From: Chlorokybus atmophyticus
Taxonomy: Eukaryota; Plantae; Mesostigma and Chlorokybus algae
NCBI GenBank assembly: GCA_009103225.1
Contig: RHPI01000401.1
Location: 184,300 to 248,299 of the forward strand
Reading direction: 5' to 3'
DNA length: 64,000 bases
Made by a program: the position numbers and the translations under genes. Positions 62,860 through 64,000 of this stretch are shown here, piece by piece. The notes under the pieces were generated by a model that did not search any database, was not told where the DNA came from, and worked only from the letters and a program-made list of their open reading frames with translations. The first letter of the stretch is position 1, and each line of letters begins with the position of its first letter.

Positions 62860-63919
62860 GCAATGTGCGTGCAGACTATGGCCTCTGAAGACTTGGAGAA
62901 CCAGCTTAAGTCGCTCGTAAAGGAACACAAGACACAGTTTGCGTATTCACTCCAAGACTTGGGTAGATGCAACCTGCATGAGTTCGATATCGACCCAAAC
63001 ACTTCTAGGCCCATTTACCACAAGCAGCACCCATTAGCCAAGGTCGAGCAGATTTTGATCGAGACCAACCGCGAAAAGCTCTTAGATGAGGGACTCATTA
63101 TGGAGGCAGCACTTAGCACATAGTATGCAGCTGTTACCGTCATGCCCTTAAAGAAGGACGAGCAATGGTCATGGACGCAGCGACGCATGTGTGGGGACTA
63201 CTGAAACTTCAAACCGTGCTAGATCGCTACCGCATGTATACCCCGACGAGATCTTCGACAGCATTCGCACCAAGTACTTCTTGGTGCTAGATGTGCACTG
63301 CGGGTTCCACCAGGATCGGCATCAAGACCAAAGAAAAGTGACAGACTGCCTTGTAGGGCAATCGAACACTATATTAGTGGAGAGTCATGTCTTTTGAATT
63401 GAAAACACCCCCGCTGCCTTTTAGCGCATGATGGTAGGACGCTGCACGGGCTCGACAACTCGAGATGCTACATCGACGACACCCTTATCTTTAGCCACAC
63501 CGCTGCAGCTCACCTTAAACATTTCAAGAGATGCTGCACAGGCTGAAGGAGTACGGCCTCACAGCACACCTTGCGAAGTGCACTTTCTTCGCAGGGTGTG
63601 CTGTGCCGACAAAATCCCCTACCTCGGCCACCTCATCGTCCCAAATGGCGAGATGGTGCAACAAGCAAAGGTGGATGCATTGCTTAAGGTGCCGCCCGCC
63701 ACTGACATATCACGCCTTCGCGCATTCCTGAGGCTTGCCAACTATTATCATCGTTTTGTCCTCCAACTTCTCTAGGGTGGCCAACCTCAACGACTTGTTA
63801 AAGAAGGCCATCACACGGCATTAGGGCAAACTGAGCAGCAAGCTTTTGAGGCGCTCAAAGCTCGCTGCCAGTCTGCCCCCATACTGGCATACCCCGACTA
63901 CAGAAAGCCCTTCATCCTG
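62860..63919 (+). pseudogene. Degenerate Ty3/gypsy RT-RNase H fragment
   Basis: DLGRCNLHEFDID, KKD..W..RRMCGDY, YFLVLDVHCGFHQ, CYIDDTLIFS, YLGHLI, LRAFLRLANYYHRFV, APILAYPDYRKPFIL; many stops and frameshifts. Confidence 0.9.
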
Positions 63920-64000
63920 TGTTGAGAGTATTCCTACATACGATCAGCATCGACCCTCCACACAGGAGTAGAAGGTCGTAAGGACGAGCACTAGGTCCGG
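63920..64000 (+). mobile_element. Start of a third LTR of the same Copia family, truncated by the window end
   Basis: TGTTGAGAGTATTCCTACATACGATCAGC... matches the LTRs at 52245 and 56727. Confidence 0.95.

Overview
Eukaryotic nuclear DNA with spliceosomal introns and microsatellite-rich introns. The gene set points to a green-lineage organism that still builds cilia, most likely an early-diverging streptophyte alga (inference from plant-type TOM20, XRN with a CCHC knuckle, plastid HemC/DapB, TEF5/PSB33 and ARL13). The window has two halves. 1-28 kb is gene-dense: HEMC (3' end), a mitochondrial-carrier-like membrane protein, TOM20, ARL13, DapB, APC8/CDC23, an XRN2-type exoribonuclease and a PSB33/TEF5-like Rieske protein. 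28-64 kb is a nested transposon island. It holds decayed gene fragments (including an ACCase exon), a ~0.5 kb TRIM with a young chromovirus nested in its LTR, a tRNA-Leu(CAA) with an unusual repeated trailer, and an old Ty3/gypsy element. The old gypsy appears split by a ~17 kb CACTA-type element carrying a transposase, a BED-finger/coiled-coil gene and a SAM-domain gene. That CACTA element is itself hit by a Copia element and by a 416-bp element. The 416-bp element is the most unusual object here: its 74-bp terminal inverted repeats are themselves near-perfect palindromes, it has Copia-like TGTTGAGA ends, and it is flanked by a 5-bp target-site duplication. All family calls come from motif recognition by eye; no database searches were run.
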